The notes: a model not told the origin generated them from the sequence alone. Shown: positions 12,986 to 23,079, numbered from the stretch's first letter. The stretch: DNA of 54,054 bases from an uncultured Clostridia bacterium (GCA_946542465.1 CAMNKQ010000001.1:1-54054), one strand, 5' to 3'. Numbers and translations: made by a program.

Positions 12986-14272
12986 TTAATGAATTTCCGT
13001 ATAGGCGATGCTGTCGGCCATCTGGTCGATCTCCGCGTCGGTCAGCGGTGCGTCCGTCATGCTGGACATGCTCATGACCAGGAAGGAGTCCGGCAGATAG
13101 ACATAGAGATAGGCGCTGGCCGGGCGGCCCCAGAGGTTCGCGCCGTCGCTCTGCAGGATCGTGACCTCGGTGCCGTCGGGCGCGGTGTGGGTCCGGGTCT
13201 CATAGGAGGCGACGTCCTCCACGGTCTCAGAGATCTCCATACCGCTGGAGAGCGTGGCGTACTGGGAGTCATAGAGATAAATCTCCACCGGGCGCTCGTT
13301 CAGTTTAAACGCGCCGTAGAGGCCGAAGCTGTTTTCATTGAAATAATAGAGATGGTCGATGTAGTCCGGATTTTGGCGGAAGATCGCCCCGTGGGCGGTG
13401 CTGTCGGCAAGTTTCTGGAGCTGATCGGCGGTGGATTTCGTTCTGTCGCCGCCGCTCTTGAGGAAGTCCTCCTCGCTCATGTACTCCGGCACGCCGTAGA
13501 CAGCGATGTACTCTTTCCCGCCGCCATAGCTCACGGTCTGGCTGCGGCGCAGGTTCAGGCCGTAGTTTCCGGCGATCTGCTCCAGCGCGTCGGCCTGCTC
13601 CTGGGTGTGGATGCCGTAGTTGTAGTCATAGCCCTCAAAGTCCTGACCCATGACCTCCATCCATTGATGGAACTGCTCTACCTCTTCCTTGCTGGCGGTT
13701 CGGGTCTCCAGCAGGGTGAAGAGGGAATAATCGCCCTTCTCCGCGGAGGCCCAGCCGGTATCCGCGTCCACGTCCTCGGGAATGTTATAGAAGCGCAGGG
13801 TCACGCTGCCGTCCTCGTTCTCGTCTTCGGTGTTGAAGCTGGTGTTCTCCGGCGGATCAAAGACGGCCGGCATCTCAAAGGGATGTTCCGCTTTCCAGGC
13901 TTTCCATTCCGCCCAGGCTTTCTGATTATTCTCCAGCTTTTCCCGGGTGGCGGCGTCCATGTCCTCCGGTACGCTCTGGGGCTGAGACAGGCTCAGCACC
14001 GCGCCGTCCGGGTTTTCCACCGCCTCCACCTTGCCCTCCTCGGTCTTGACGAATTTGTAGGCCTCCGCCTCCGGGCGGCGCAGCGCGTCCAGGCCCAGGA
14101 AGCCCGCGGCATAGGCCGTGGCGCCCAGCAGCGCCATGACGGCCGCCGTCAGCAGCAGGGTTTTGCCCAGCTTGCGGCGGGGCTTGACCTTGCGGGCCAT
14201 GGCCCGGTCCAGATCCAGCAGCCAGCGGTCGTCCACGGCGCCGATGGCCTGCAGCAATTCGGTGTTTTTCAC
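12986..14272 (-). CDS. Single-pass membrane protein, putative anti-sigma partner (paralog of 3311-4438)
   Basis: GTG start overlapping the sigma stop (GTGA). One TM segment. Shared motifs with 3311-4438. Confidence 0.5.
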   Translation of the reverse strand: MKNTELLQAIGAVDDRWLLDLDRAMARKVKPRRKLGKTLLLTAAVMALLGATAYAAGFLGLDALRRPEAEAYKFVKTEEGKVEAVENPDGAVLSLSQPQSVPEDMDAATREKLENNQKAWAEWKAWKAEHPFEMPAVFDPPENTSFNTEDENEDGSVTLRFYNIPEDVDADTGWASAEKGDYSLFTLLETRTASKEEVEQFHQWMEVMGQDFEGYDYNYGIHTQEQADALEQIAGNYGLNLRRSQTVSYGGGKEYIAVYGVPEYMSEEDFLKSGGDRTKSTADQLQKLADSTAHGAIFRQNPDYIDHLYYFNENSFGLYGAFKLNERPVEIYLYDSQYATLSSGMEISETVEDVASYETRTHTAPDGTEVTILQSDGANLWGRPASAYLYVYLPDSFLVMSMSSMTDAPLTDAEIDQMADSIAYTEIH

Positions 14273-14826
14273 AGCAATTCCTCCTCCATCAGACGGCGGT
14301 GCAGACGCTTTCGCGTGCGAAAGAGCATGCTCTTGACCTTGCTCTCGCTATAGCCCAGGCGTTTGGCGATCTCGCCCACCGGCAGTAAGTACCAGTAGCG
14401 GGCCAGGAAGCAGCGCCGCTCCTCCTCGCCCAGCGAGGAAACAAAGCGGTTCACCGCCTGCTCCAGCTCCCGGGTCTCGTACTGCCGGGCCACATCCCCG
14501 GAGGCCGCCACGCACTCGGCCAGCTCCTCCAGGGCCAGGGCCGTCTCGCCGCCGCCCCGCTTTTGCCGTCCCCGGGCCTCCACCCGCGTCAGGGCGCAGT
14601 TGCGGGTGATGCGCCCCAGAAAGGGCGAGAGTACCTGAGGCCGCTTGTCCGGCATGGCGTTCCAGGCCCGCAGCCAGGTGTCGTTGACGCACTCCTCCGC
14701 GTCCTCGGCGCTGCGGCAGATCCGATAGGCGATGCTCTGGCAATAGCCGCCGTATTTTTTGTCGGTCTCCGTGATGGCCTGGGAATTGCGCTGCCAATAG
14801 AGATCGACGATTTCCGTATCGTTCAT
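14269..14826 (-). CDS. Sigma-70 family (ECF-like) sigma factor, chromosomal paralog of 4432-4989
   Basis: IVDLYWQRNSQAI...EDAEECVNDTWLRAWNAMPDKRP. Start at MNDTEI with an AAGGAGG RBS. Confidence 0.8.
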   Translation of the reverse strand: MNDTEIVDLYWQRNSQAITETDKKYGGYCQSIAYRICRSAEDAEECVNDTWLRAWNAMPDKRPQVLSPFLGRITRNCALTRVEARGRQKRGGGETALALEELAECVAASGDVARQYETRELEQAVNRFVSSLGEEERRCFLARYWYLLPVGEIAKRLGYSESKVKSMLFRTRKRLHRRLMEEELL

Positions 14827-14960
14827 TCCGATACCTCCTTCTTCGAGCGCTCTCACCTATCAAAACCGCGTTTTTCGCCGCCGGTTGCATCGGGAGGGAA
14901 TATTTCTACTTTTTTCGCCCCAGAAAGAGCAGGGCGCTCTGATAGTATACCATATCGACG

Positions 14961-14993
14961 AAAAAACAGGGAGGAACGAAGCGTTCCTCCCTG
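14961..14993 (-). terminator. Rho-independent terminator of the mscS-like gene
   Basis: CAGGGAGGAACG cttc CGTTCCTCCCTG followed by TTTTTT on the minus strand. Confidence 0.8.
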
Positions 14994-15009
14994 TGCCTGG
15001 TCTTGTCTT

Positions 15010-15810
15010 TTACTTTTCCACGATGTGGACGTTCACATGCTCGTAGCTGAACTTGACGCCCTTGGCGGCAAAGCTCTCGCGTACGTTCTCGTTGAGGTTG
15101 AAGTACACATCCCAGTAGTCGGCGTTCTTGCACCAGACGCGCACCACGTATTCCACGCTGCTGCCCTTGTACTCCAGCAGGCGGACAAAGGGCGCGGGAT
15201 CGGCGAGAATGCGGCTGTCCTTCGAAATGGCGTCGAAGATCGCGGCCTTGACCTCCTCGGTGCCGCACTCATAGGAGGCGGTGAACGTGCGGTCGACCCG
15301 GCGCAGCGGCTCCCGGCTGTAGTTGTTGACGACAGCGCCGGTCACGTCGGCATTGGGGATGGAGATGGCGATGTTGTCCAGGGTGTCCATCTGGGTGTAG
15401 AACAGGCCGACGGCCTTGATGGTGCCGGTCTTACCCGCGACCTCCACAAAATCGCCAGTGGTGAAGGGCTTGGCGATCAGCAGGGTGATGCCGGAGAAGA
15501 GATTGGACATCACGTTCTGGATGGACAGGGACAGCGCCAGGCCGGCTACGCTGACCAGGGCCACCAGAGAGGTGGTGTTGATGCCCAGGGCGTTGGCCAC
15601 GATGATGATGGCGAGGATCCAGAGGAGCGTGCGGACGCCGGAGCTGATGTAGTGGCGGATCGTGGCGTCCAGCTTGGCATTGCGGGCCAGCAGCTTTTCC
15701 ACGATGTTGGTGATGATCTTGATGGCGATGATGCAGATCACCAGGGTCGCGATCGCGGAGAGCAGCGCCTCAACCGAGCTGATGCCAAGAGTAGAAAGAA
15801 CCTGAGACAT
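15010..15810 (-). CDS. mscS: Small-conductance mechanosensitive channel (MscS family)
   Basis: Three N-terminal TM segments. LSLSIQNVMSNLFSGITLLIAKPFTTGDFVEVAGKTGTIKAVGLFYT is the MscS core. Confidence 0.8.
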   Translation of the reverse strand: MSQVLSTLGISSVEALLSAIATLVICIIAIKIITNIVEKLLARNAKLDATIRHYISSGVRTLLWILAIIIVANALGINTTSLVALVSVAGLALSLSIQNVMSNLFSGITLLIAKPFTTGDFVEVAGKTGTIKAVGLFYTQMDTLDNIAISIPNADVTGAVVNNYSREPLRRVDRTFTASYECGTEEVKAAIFDAISKDSRILADPAPFVRLLEYKGSSVEYVVRVWCKNADYWDVYFNLNENVRESFAAKGVKFSYEHVNVHIVEK

Positions 15811-15845
15811 AGGCGTTCTCCTTTCGTTTTGTGATAGGATTTAGT

Positions 15846-16188
15846 CAATTGCGAAACTCGTTTCGCAATTGAGGGCTCATGCTTACGTCGTCGCAAGCTC
15901 CCTATCGCTCGCTTCCGTGTAGCAACACGAAAGCTCGTTCAGTCCGCTGCTCCTCCTCTCAAAATCAAAGCATCTGCTTTGATTTTGTAAAGGAAGAAGG
16001 AGGGAACAGAGCATAGTTTTCGCCATGCTTGGCGGAAACGGAGCGGCGTGAGCTTCTTCTGCCGTCGGCATGAGGGCTCGCTTGGCTCGCCTCAGGGTGT
16101 TTTTGAGGCGGCAAAGCTGCCTCAAAAACGGATTTCAATACCCTCCGGGGCAATCATCCAAGCTTGCTTGCGACTTTCGCAATCGGCT
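15846..16188 (+). repeat. MITE-like hairpin-rich intergenic repeat, long copy A
   Basis: Starts CAATTGCGAAActcgTTTCGCAATTG and ends TTTCGCAATCGGCT. Shares both end segments and the TTTTTGAGGCGGCAAAGCTGCCTCAAAAA hairpin with copy C, with ~150 nt of extra internal sequence. Confidence 0.75.
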
Positions 16189-16250
16189 ATGTGATATGAT
16201 TATTGTAAACCAAAAAAGTCCGCTTGTAAAGAGATTCGCGGCGGCGATTC

Positions 16251-16661
16251 TCAGCGTCCGCTGCCCAGATAGCCCTCCAAAATCAGGCTCGCCGCCACGG
16301 CGTCCACCGCCTTGCGGTGGTTCTTTTCTTTTCGACCGTTGGCGTGGAGGATGGCATGGGCCTCGATGCTGCTGCGCCGCTCATCCCAGAGGATGACGGG
16401 CAGGCCGCTGTCCCGGATCAGCAGCTCCTGGAACTCCCGGCTTTTCTCCGCCCGGGGGCCCTCACTGCCGTCCATGTTCTTCGGCAGGCCCAGCACCAGC
16501 GTGCCCACGTCCCGGGCCTTCGCCTCCTCGGCGATGCGCCGGGAGGCCCGCTCCATGTCCCACTCCTGCAGCGTCCAGGCCTCGCCGCAGAGCATGCCCA
16601 GCAGATCGGACACGGCCAGGCCGATGCGCTGGTCGCCATAATCAATGGCCATAATGCGCAT
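16251..16661 (-). CDS. ruvX: Holliday junction resolvase-like protein RuvX (YqgF)
   Basis: MRIMAIDYGDQRIGLAVSD...GLPKNMDGSEGPRAE...DERRSS pattern. Confidence 0.9.
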   Translation of the reverse strand: MRIMAIDYGDQRIGLAVSDLLGMLCGEAWTLQEWDMERASRRIAEEAKARDVGTLVLGLPKNMDGSEGPRAEKSREFQELLIRDSGLPVILWDERRSSIEAHAILHANGRKEKNHRKAVDAVAASLILEGYLGSGR

Positions 16662-16694
16662 AGTGTTTCTCCTTTTCTTTATGCAGTCGGCTGC

Positions 16695-16878
16695 GGTAAT
16701 CGCAAACCGTTTGTATTCTGCCCCGAAGGAAATCGAATTCGTTTTTGGGGCAGCTTTGCCACCTCAAAACACCCTGAGAGGAGTAAGCGAGTCCTCGCGC
16801 CGACCAAGCGCGGCTTTTCTCGCAAGCCGCGCGCGATAAGCGCGAGTATCTCGATTGTGAAATGTCCTTTCACAATCG
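16695..16878 (-). repeat. MITE-like intergenic repeat, copy B (inverted orientation)
   Basis: Its reverse complement aligns along its length with copy C (CGATTGTGAAAggacaTTTCACAATCG ... GGTCGGCGCGAGG ... GTTTTGAGGTGGCAAAGCTGCCCCAAAAAC ...). Confidence 0.75.
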
Positions 16879-16879
16879 C

Positions 16880-18145
16880 TTAATAGAGTTGGAAGCAGGC
16901 CCGCACCGCGCCCGCCATGTAGAGCGAGCCCACCGCGCAGACCACGCCCTCCGTGCCCGCCGCCGCCATTGCGGCGGTGACGCCGTCGGGGATCGACGCG
17001 CAGACCGTGACCGGCTTTCCGAAGCGCTCCAGATGCGCGCCCAGCTCCGCCGCCGGCAGCGCCCGCTCCGAATCCGGCGTGACGCAGACAAAGGCGTCCG
17101 CCGCTGGGGCCAGGATCTCCGTCAGGGCCGCATAGTCCTTATCGGCCAGCACGCCGATCAGCAGCACGCGCTTTTGCGCCGGGAAATAGCGCTGCAGATT
17201 TTCCGCCACGGTCTCGGCGCACTGAGGGTTGTGGCCGCCGTCGACAATGAAGCTCGGCTCCTCGTGCACCAGCTCGAAACGGGCCGGCCAGGACACCGCG
17301 TAGAGTCCGTGCTCCACCGCGTCCTGCGCCAGCTTCCAGCCCCGGCCGCGCAGGACGGAGACCGTCTCCAGCACCACGGCGGCGTTGCGCAGCTGGTGGC
17401 GGCCCAGCAGCGGGATGGCATAGGGCTCGCCCCGGTAGGAGAAGACCTGTCCCTCCAGGCTGTCAAACTCCGGCGCGATCTGCGCGAAATCCGCCACATG
17501 CAGCCGGGCGCCCCGCTCCTCGCAGCAGCGGCGGACCACATCTTCCACGCTCTTGGGCTGCTGATAGAGCACTACCTCGCCGCCCGGCTTGATAATGCCG
17601 GCCTTCTCAAAGGCGATCTGCTCCACGGTATCGCCCAGAATGGCGGTGTGATCCAGACCGATGTTCATGATGACGGCCGCCTCGGGACAGTCGATCGCGT
17701 TGGTGGCGTCAAAGCGGCCGCCCAGGCCCACCTCCAGCACCACGATGTCGCACTTCTCCCGGCGGTACCAGAGCAGCGCCGCGGCGGTCATCAGCTCGAA
17801 TTCCGTCGGGTGGTCATCCATGGCGTCGGCCAGGGGCTTGATCTCCGTGACCAGCTCCGCCAGGACCTCGTCCTCGATGGGGCGGCCGTTGAGCTGCATG
17901 CGCTCGTTGAAGCGGAAGAGATAGGGCGAGGTGAAAAGCCCCGTCCGGTAGCCCGCCGCCTTCAGGACCGAGGCCAGCATGGCCGCGCAGCTGCCCTTGC
18001 CGTTGGTCCCGGCGATATGGACAAATTTCAGATGTTTCTGGGGATCGCCCAGTTTTTCCAGCAGGGCGCTCACCCGCTCCAGCCCGGGTTTGGAGCCGTA
18101 CCAGCGCACCCCGTCGATGTAATCCAGCGCTTCTTTGTAAGTCAT
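16880..18145 (-). CDS. folC: Bifunctional folylpolyglutamate synthase / dihydrofolate synthase
   Basis: HIAGTNGKGS P-loop and FTSPYL, typical of the FolC/Mur ligase family. Start set at MTYKEALDYI with a GGAGA RBS. Confidence 0.85.
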   Translation of the reverse strand: MTYKEALDYIDGVRWYGSKPGLERVSALLEKLGDPQKHLKFVHIAGTNGKGSCAAMLASVLKAAGYRTGLFTSPYLFRFNERMQLNGRPIEDEVLAELVTEIKPLADAMDDHPTEFELMTAAALLWYRREKCDIVVLEVGLGGRFDATNAIDCPEAAVIMNIGLDHTAILGDTVEQIAFEKAGIIKPGGEVVLYQQPKSVEDVVRRCCEERGARLHVADFAQIAPEFDSLEGQVFSYRGEPYAIPLLGRHQLRNAAVVLETVSVLRGRGWKLAQDAVEHGLYAVSWPARFELVHEEPSFIVDGGHNPQCAETVAENLQRYFPAQKRVLLIGVLADKDYAALTEILAPAADAFVCVTPDSERALPAAELGAHLERFGKPVTVCASIPDGVTAAMAAAGTEGVVCAVGSLYMAGAVRACFQLY

Positions 18146-18266
18146 GGTTTTTCTCCGTTGTATCGGTATTTTTCCTCTGCATGATAGCAGATTTTTCTCT
18201 CTGCCGCAAGCTTTACAGGGCGGCGGCGGCTTGCTATAATAAAAGAAAAGATGGGAGGAATGCCCT

Positions 18267-18557
18267 GTGATCAAAATCATCGCCCGCCGCATCATCAAAT
18301 CGGACTGTATCGAAGCCTTTGAGGCCCTGGCCGCCGAGCTGGTACGGGAGTCCCGGAAGAAACCGGGCTGCCTGGACTACACGCTCAACCGCAGCAACCA
18401 GGACCCCCGGAGCCATATGTTCATCGAGTCCTGGGTCGACCAGGCCGCCATTGAGGCGCACAACGCCTCCGCCCATTTCACCCGCATCGTGCCGCAGTTT
18501 GCCGCGTTGAGCGAGGAGCGGCTGCCGACGGAGTTCTTCACCGAGCTGGAGGCCTGA
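18267..18557 (+). CDS. Antibiotic-biosynthesis-monooxygenase (ABM) domain protein / putative quinol monooxygenase
   Basis: ~96 aa with ...EPGCLDY.L......P....FIE.W.D..A..AH..S.HF pattern. Confidence 0.7.
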   Translation: MIKIIARRIIKSDCIEAFEALAAELVRESRKKPGCLDYTLNRSNQDPRSHMFIESWVDQAAIEAHNASAHFTRIVPQFAALSEERLPTEFFTELEA

Positions 18558-18558
18558 A

Positions 18559-19500
18559 ATGCTGGCAAACCTCATCGCCTGTCTGGACGCCGTACTGCCC
18601 ATCTTTCTGCTGATCGCGCTGGGCTACTGGGCCAAGTGTCTGGGTCTTCTGAACCGGGACGACGTGAAAAAGCTCAACAAGGTGATCTTCCGCTTTTTCA
18701 TGCCGGTCATGCTCTTCTATAACATCTACAGCTCCGATCTGAGCCTGGCCGTACAGCCCAAGCTGATCGCCTACGCCATCGCCTGCACCCTGCTGATCTT
18801 TTTTCTGGCCCTGCTTATCGTGCGCCGGGTGGAGCCGGAGCGGCGCCGCCGCGGCGTGATCGTGCAGGGGCTGTTCCGCTCGAACCTGGTGGTGATCGGC
18901 CTGCCGGTGGTGGAGAGCCTGATGGGCGCGGAGAACGTCGCTCCGGTGGTGCTGCTGATTGCCACGGTGGTACCGGTATTCAACATTCTGGCCGTCATCG
19001 TGCTGGAGTATTACGCCGGCGAGCGCACGCGCCCCGGCCGGCTGCTGCTGGACATTCTGAAAAATCCGCTGATCCTCGGCTCCGCGGCGGGCCTGCTGGC
19101 CCTTTTTGTCGGATTGAAGCTGCCCCTGCCGCTGGAGACCACCGCGCGGCAGATGACCCAGACGGCCAGCCCCATGCTTCTCTTCCTGCTGGGCGCCTTC
19201 CTGGAGCTGGAGGGTCTGCGCCGGGACTGGCGCGCCGTAGTCTCCATCAGTCTGATCCGCCTGCTGCTCATCCCCGCCGCGACCCTGATTCCGGCGGTGC
19301 TGCTGGGCTTTCGGGGCGTGGCCCTGGCCTCTCTGCTGCCGGTCTTTGCCTCCTCCACGGCCGTCAACTCCTTCACCATGGCCCAGCAGATGGGCGGCGA
19401 CGCGGAATTGGCCGGCAACATCGTGGTCGCCACCAGCGCCCTCTGCTCGCTGACGATGTTTTTCTGGTGCTTTCTCTTCAAATCCCTGGGTCTTTTTTAA
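18559..19500 (+). CDS. AEC (auxin efflux carrier) family transporter
   Basis: Polytopic membrane protein with the N-terminal ...LPIFLLIALGY... pattern and two hydrophobic halves. Confidence 0.7.
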   Translation: MLANLIACLDAVLPIFLLIALGYWAKCLGLLNRDDVKKLNKVIFRFFMPVMLFYNIYSSDLSLAVQPKLIAYAIACTLLIFFLALLIVRRVEPERRRRGVIVQGLFRSNLVVIGLPVVESLMGAENVAPVVLLIATVVPVFNILAVIVLEYYAGERTRPGRLLLDILKNPLILGSAAGLLALFVGLKLPLPLETTARQMTQTASPMLLFLLGAFLELEGLRRDWRAVVSISLIRLLLIPAATLIPAVLLGFRGVALASLLPVFASSTAVNSFTMAQQMGGDAELAGNIVVATSALCSLTMFFWCFLFKSLGLF

Positions 19501-19540
19501 AAAAAGCCCGTTTTTTCCCGGATTTTTCCTGAAAAAAAGA

Positions 19541-19569
19541 TTGACCTCTCCCGCTGGCTGTGCTATAAT
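19541..19569 (+). promoter_or_regulatory. Sigma-A promoter (TTGACC-17-TATAAT) of rpmG-secE-nusG
   Basis: Read directly upstream of rpmG. Confidence 0.65.
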
Positions 19570-19701
19570 CTGCATTACCTGTCGGATGAGAGGTCTATTT
19601 TTTGTGCGCTTTTTTTCGCGCAGAGGGTGGACGGGCCCATTCCATACAGGGAGGCAATGCCCGCCTTTGGCTGGGTAAATAAAATAGGAGGTGCCGAAAG
19701 A

Positions 19702-19863
19702 ATGGCTGCAGGCGCAAGAGTTAAAATCACACTCAGATGCGAAGAATGCAAGCAGAGAAACTACAACACGGTCAAGAACAAGAAGAATACCTCTGACCGT
19801 TTGGAGCGGAGCAAGTATTGCCCCTTCTGCCGCAAGCACACCAAGCACGTTGAGACCAAGTAA
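19702..19863 (+). CDS. rpmG: 50S ribosomal protein L33
   Basis: [56 protein letters not shown]. Confidence 0.9.
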   Translation: MAAGARVKITLRCEECKQRNYNTVKNKKNTSDRLERSKYCPFCRKHTKHVETK

Positions 19864-19885
19864 CTTCGGAAAGGATACGTGAAAC

Positions 19886-20161
19886 ATGGCTGAAGAAAAG
19901 AAAACCAATACCGCTCCGGCCAAGACTGTCACTACCGCCGTGAAGAAGGACGACACCAAGCCTGGATTTTTCCAGCGCGTGGCCAAGTGGTTCCGTGAGA
20001 TGAAGAGCGAGCTGAAAAAGGTCATCTGGCCCAACGGCAAGACCCTTTTCAACAACACCGCCATCTCCGTGGGTGTCATGCTGGCATCCGCCGTCGTGCT
20101 CTGGTGCTTTGACGAGCTGGCCCAGATGCTGGTTCGCGCTCTCTTCACTCTCGTAGGGTAA
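19886..20161 (+). CDS. secE: Preprotein translocase subunit SecE
   Basis: F.REMKSELKKVIWPN.K...NNT..V pattern. Position between rpmG and nusG. Confidence 0.85.
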   Translation: MAEEKKTNTAPAKTVTTAVKKDDTKPGFFQRVAKWFREMKSELKKVIWPNGKTLFNNTAISVGVMLASAVVLWCFDELAQMLVRALFTLVG

Positions 20162-20167
20162 GGCGAC

Positions 20168-20692
20168 ATGGCTGAAGAAGCAAAATGGTACGTTGTTCAT
20201 ACCTACTCCGGTTATGAAAACGCAGTCGCGGCCGCTGTCATGAAGGCCGCGGAAAACCGCAAGATGACGGATCTGATCCGGGAGGTCAACATCCCCATGG
20301 AGACGGTGACGGAGATCACCGACAGCGGGGAGAAGACCGTGGAGCGCAAAGTCTTCCCCGGGTACGTGCTGGTCAAGATGATCCTGACGGATGAGAGCTG
20401 GCATTTGATCCACAACGTCCGCGGTGCAACCGGCTTCGTCGGTTCCGATGGCAAGGCCATCCCCCTGACGGAGCAGGAAATTTACGATCTGGGCGTGGAA
20501 CGCAAGGAGATCGTCGTCGGCTATGCCGTCGGTGATGAGGTCAAGGTCATTGACGGACCTCTGGCCGGCTTCATCGGCACGGTCGAAGCGCTTGACGTGG
20601 ACAAGAACAGCGTCAGCGTGGTCGTCTCCATGTTTGGCCGCGAGACTCCGGTGGATCTGGAGCTCGACCAGGTCGAAGTGATTAAAGAATAA
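20168..20692 (+). CDS. nusG: Transcription termination/antitermination factor NusG
   Basis: KWYVVHTYSGYENAV...FPGYVLVKM...GDEVKVIDGPLAGFIGTVE (NGN and KOW). Confidence 0.95.
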   Translation: MAEEAKWYVVHTYSGYENAVAAAVMKAAENRKMTDLIREVNIPMETVTEITDSGEKTVERKVFPGYVLVKMILTDESWHLIHNVRGATGFVGSDGKAIPLTEQEIYDLGVERKEIVVGYAVGDEVKVIDGPLAGFIGTVEALDVDKNSVSVVVSMFGRETPVDLELDQVEVIKE

Positions 20693-20713
20693 TAAGAAAG
20701 AGGTGCTTTCTCA

Positions 20714-21139
20714 ATGGCACAGAAAGTAGTAGGATACGTTAGATTCCAGGTTCCTGCCGGCAAAGCAACTCCGGCTCCTCCCGTTGGCCCGGCTCTGGGT
20801 CAGTACGGCGTTAACATCGGTCAGTTCACCAAGGATTTCAACGAGCGCACTAAGGGCGATATGGGCATGATGATCCCCGTTGTCATCACCGTGTACTCCG
20901 ACCGCAGCTTCACCTTCATTACCAAGACTCCTCCTGCCGCCCTTCTGATCAAGAAGGCCTGCGGCATCGAGACCGCTTCCGGCGTGCCCCAGCGCGATAA
21001 GGTCGCCACGATCAGCAAGGAAGATGTCCGCAAGATCGCCGAGCAGAAGATGCCCGACCTGAACTGCACCGATATCGACTCCGCCATCAGCATGATCGCC
21101 GGCACCTGCCGCTCCATGGGCGTCGTCGTCGGAGACTGA
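20714..21139 (+). CDS. rplK: 50S ribosomal protein L11
   Basis: [28 protein letters not shown] pattern. Confidence 0.95.
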   Translation: MAQKVVGYVRFQVPAGKATPAPPVGPALGQYGVNIGQFTKDFNERTKGDMGMMIPVVITVYSDRSFTFITKTPPAALLIKKACGIETASGVPQRDKVATISKEDVRKIAEQKMPDLNCTDIDSAISMIAGTCRSMGVVVGD

Positions 21140-21216
21140 GCGCAAAAGGAACACGCTCAATAACGTGGGAGGATTTATCCATCCGACTGTAACCACATTA
21201 TTAGGAGGAAACGAAA

Positions 21217-21909
21217 TTGTTTAGAGGTAAAAATTATAAAGAGAGCGCAAAGCTCATTGATAAGCAGGCCCTCTACGATCCCCAGGAGGCCCTGCAGCTG
21301 GTCATCAACGCCAGCAAGGCCAAGTTCGACGAGACTGTCGAGCTGCATGTGAAGCTCGGTGTTGACGGCCGTCACGCCGACCAGCAGGTCCGCGGCGCCA
21401 TCGTGCTGCCCAACGGCACCGGCAAGACCGTCCGCGTCCTGGTCTTCTGCCCGCCCGAGCAGGTGGAAGAGGCTCTCGCTGCCGGCGCTGACTATGCCGG
21501 CGGTATGGAGTACGTCGAGAAGATCCAGAAAGAGAACTGGTTTGAGTTTGACACCGTGATCGCCAACCCCAAGATGATGGGTACTGTCGGCCGTCTCGGT
21601 AAGATCCTCGGACCCAAGGGCTTGATGCCCTCCCCCAAGGCCGGCACCGTCACCCCGAACGTGAGCCAGGCCGTCAAGGAAGCCAAAGCCGGTAAGGTCG
21701 AGTATCGTCTGGACAAGACCAACATCATCCACTGCCCCATCGGCAAGGTCTCCTTCGGTGCCGAGAAGCTGTACGAGAACTACGTCGCTCTCATCAGCGC
21801 CATCAACAAGGCCAAGCCCGCTGCCGCCAAGGGCCAGTATATCCGTTCTTGCGTCACCGCCTCCACCATGGGCCCCGGCGTCAAGATCAACGCCCAGAAG
21901 CAGCTCTAA
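21217..21909 (+). CDS. rplA: 50S ribosomal protein L1 (TTG start)
   Basis: [20 protein letters not shown]...LP.GTGK pattern. Confidence 0.95.
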   Translation: MFRGKNYKESAKLIDKQALYDPQEALQLVINASKAKFDETVELHVKLGVDGRHADQQVRGAIVLPNGTGKTVRVLVFCPPEQVEEALAAGADYAGGMEYVEKIQKENWFEFDTVIANPKMMGTVGRLGKILGPKGLMPSPKAGTVTPNVSQAVKEAKAGKVEYRLDKTNIIHCPIGKVSFGAEKLYENYVALISAINKAKPAAAKGQYIRSCVTASTMGPGVKINAQKQL

Positions 21910-21957
21910 GAGGCATTCCGCCGTTCCGGCATATGTCCGGAGCGCAGGAACCGAAAA

Positions 21958-21996
21958 GGAAATGGTACGGCGGATCGCCGTACCGTTTCCTTTTTT
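21958..21996 (+). terminator. Rho-independent terminator after rplA
   Basis: 15-bp stem GGAAATGGTACGGCG/CGCCGTACCGTTTCC followed by TTTTTT. Confidence 0.85.
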
Positions 21997-22022
21997 CGTC
22001 TATCAGGATAGAAAAAACGATC

Positions 22023-22994
22023 ATGAAACAACGCACACGCAACACCTGGCTGCTCCTCTGGGCCATCCTCTCTCTGGCTCTCGCGCTGATCTGCTCCGTG
22101 CTCTGCCTGCTGGCGGTCTATCGGCCCGGGCTGCTGCCGGCGCCCCTGGCCGCACCGGAACCGACCCTGGCGCCGACGCCGGCTCCTACACCGGAACCCA
22201 CGCCCACGCCGGAACCCACGCCGACCCCCTGGGACCTCCGCTTTGCGGAGCATTTCTCCGAAGAGCTCATCCGGGACGAGAATCACTACAGCAGTCCGAC
22301 CCTGGCCATTGAGCTGCATCGCTATTCCCATCCGGAGGCCTATCCCGATCTGAGCTATTTTGTCGCCGATCTCTATCTGACGGACGTGCATCAGCTGCGC
22401 GCCGCCTTTGCCGAAGATCTCGGAGCGATCTATGCACCCGCCACCTCCATCGCCGCCAACGCCGGTGCCTTGATCGCCATCAACGGCGATACGCTGATCA
22501 ACCACCGGCAGGGCTTTGTCGTGCGCAACGGGGAGGAGATCTACGCGGTGGACTCCCTTTTCGATCTCTGCGTCCTGTACGAGGACGGCCGCATGGAGGC
22601 GCTCGCGCCCTTTACCTATTCCTTCCGGGATGTCCTGGAGGCCGGGGCCTATCAGGTCTGGGAGTTCGGCCCCTCGCTGCTCGATGCCGACGGGCAGCCG
22701 CTGGAGCGTTTCAACGCCGATCAGAGCCTCTTTCCCCGCCATCCCCGGACCGTGCTGGGCTATTACGAGCCCGGGCACTACTGCTTTGTGGTGATCGACG
22801 GGCGCAACGCCCCCTATTCCGCCGGGGCGGATCTGCCCACGACGGCGCAGATCATGGCCGATCTCGGTTGCAAAATGGCCTACAACCTGGACGGCGGCGC
22901 CTCCACCACCCTGGTATTCAACGACAGCGTCATCAACATTCCCATCGGCGATCGCTCCCTCAACGACATGATCCTCGTGCGGGAACTCCCTTAA
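22023..22994 (+). CDS. Membrane-anchored phosphodiester glycosidase family (DUF2233-like) protein
   Basis: N-terminal TM segment, Pro/Thr/Glu linker, AINGD and AYNLDGGASTT motifs. Confidence 0.65.
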   Translation: MKQRTRNTWLLLWAILSLALALICSVLCLLAVYRPGLLPAPLAAPEPTLAPTPAPTPEPTPTPEPTPTPWDLRFAEHFSEELIRDENHYSSPTLAIELHRYSHPEAYPDLSYFVADLYLTDVHQLRAAFAEDLGAIYAPATSIAANAGALIAINGDTLINHRQGFVVRNGEEIYAVDSLFDLCVLYEDGRMEALAPFTYSFRDVLEAGAYQVWEFGPSLLDADGQPLERFNADQSLFPRHPRTVLGYYEPGHYCFVVIDGRNAPYSAGADLPTTAQIMADLGCKMAYNLDGGASTTLVFNDSVINIPIGDRSLNDMILVRELP

Positions 22995-23079
22995 GAATTC
23001 ATAAAACTTCCGCATTTCGTGGACAAAGCCCGTGTTTCACGCTATAATGAAGTCATTCCAAGGAAAGGAGTGCCCTGCT

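Noticed and set aside
21140-21216. Possible L1-binding autoregulatory leader between rplK and rplA (GGGAGG ... GACTG)
   Set aside because: The resemblance to the L1 rRNA/mRNA site is only a few nucleotides and overlaps the RBS region. It cannot be supported without a covariance-model search.
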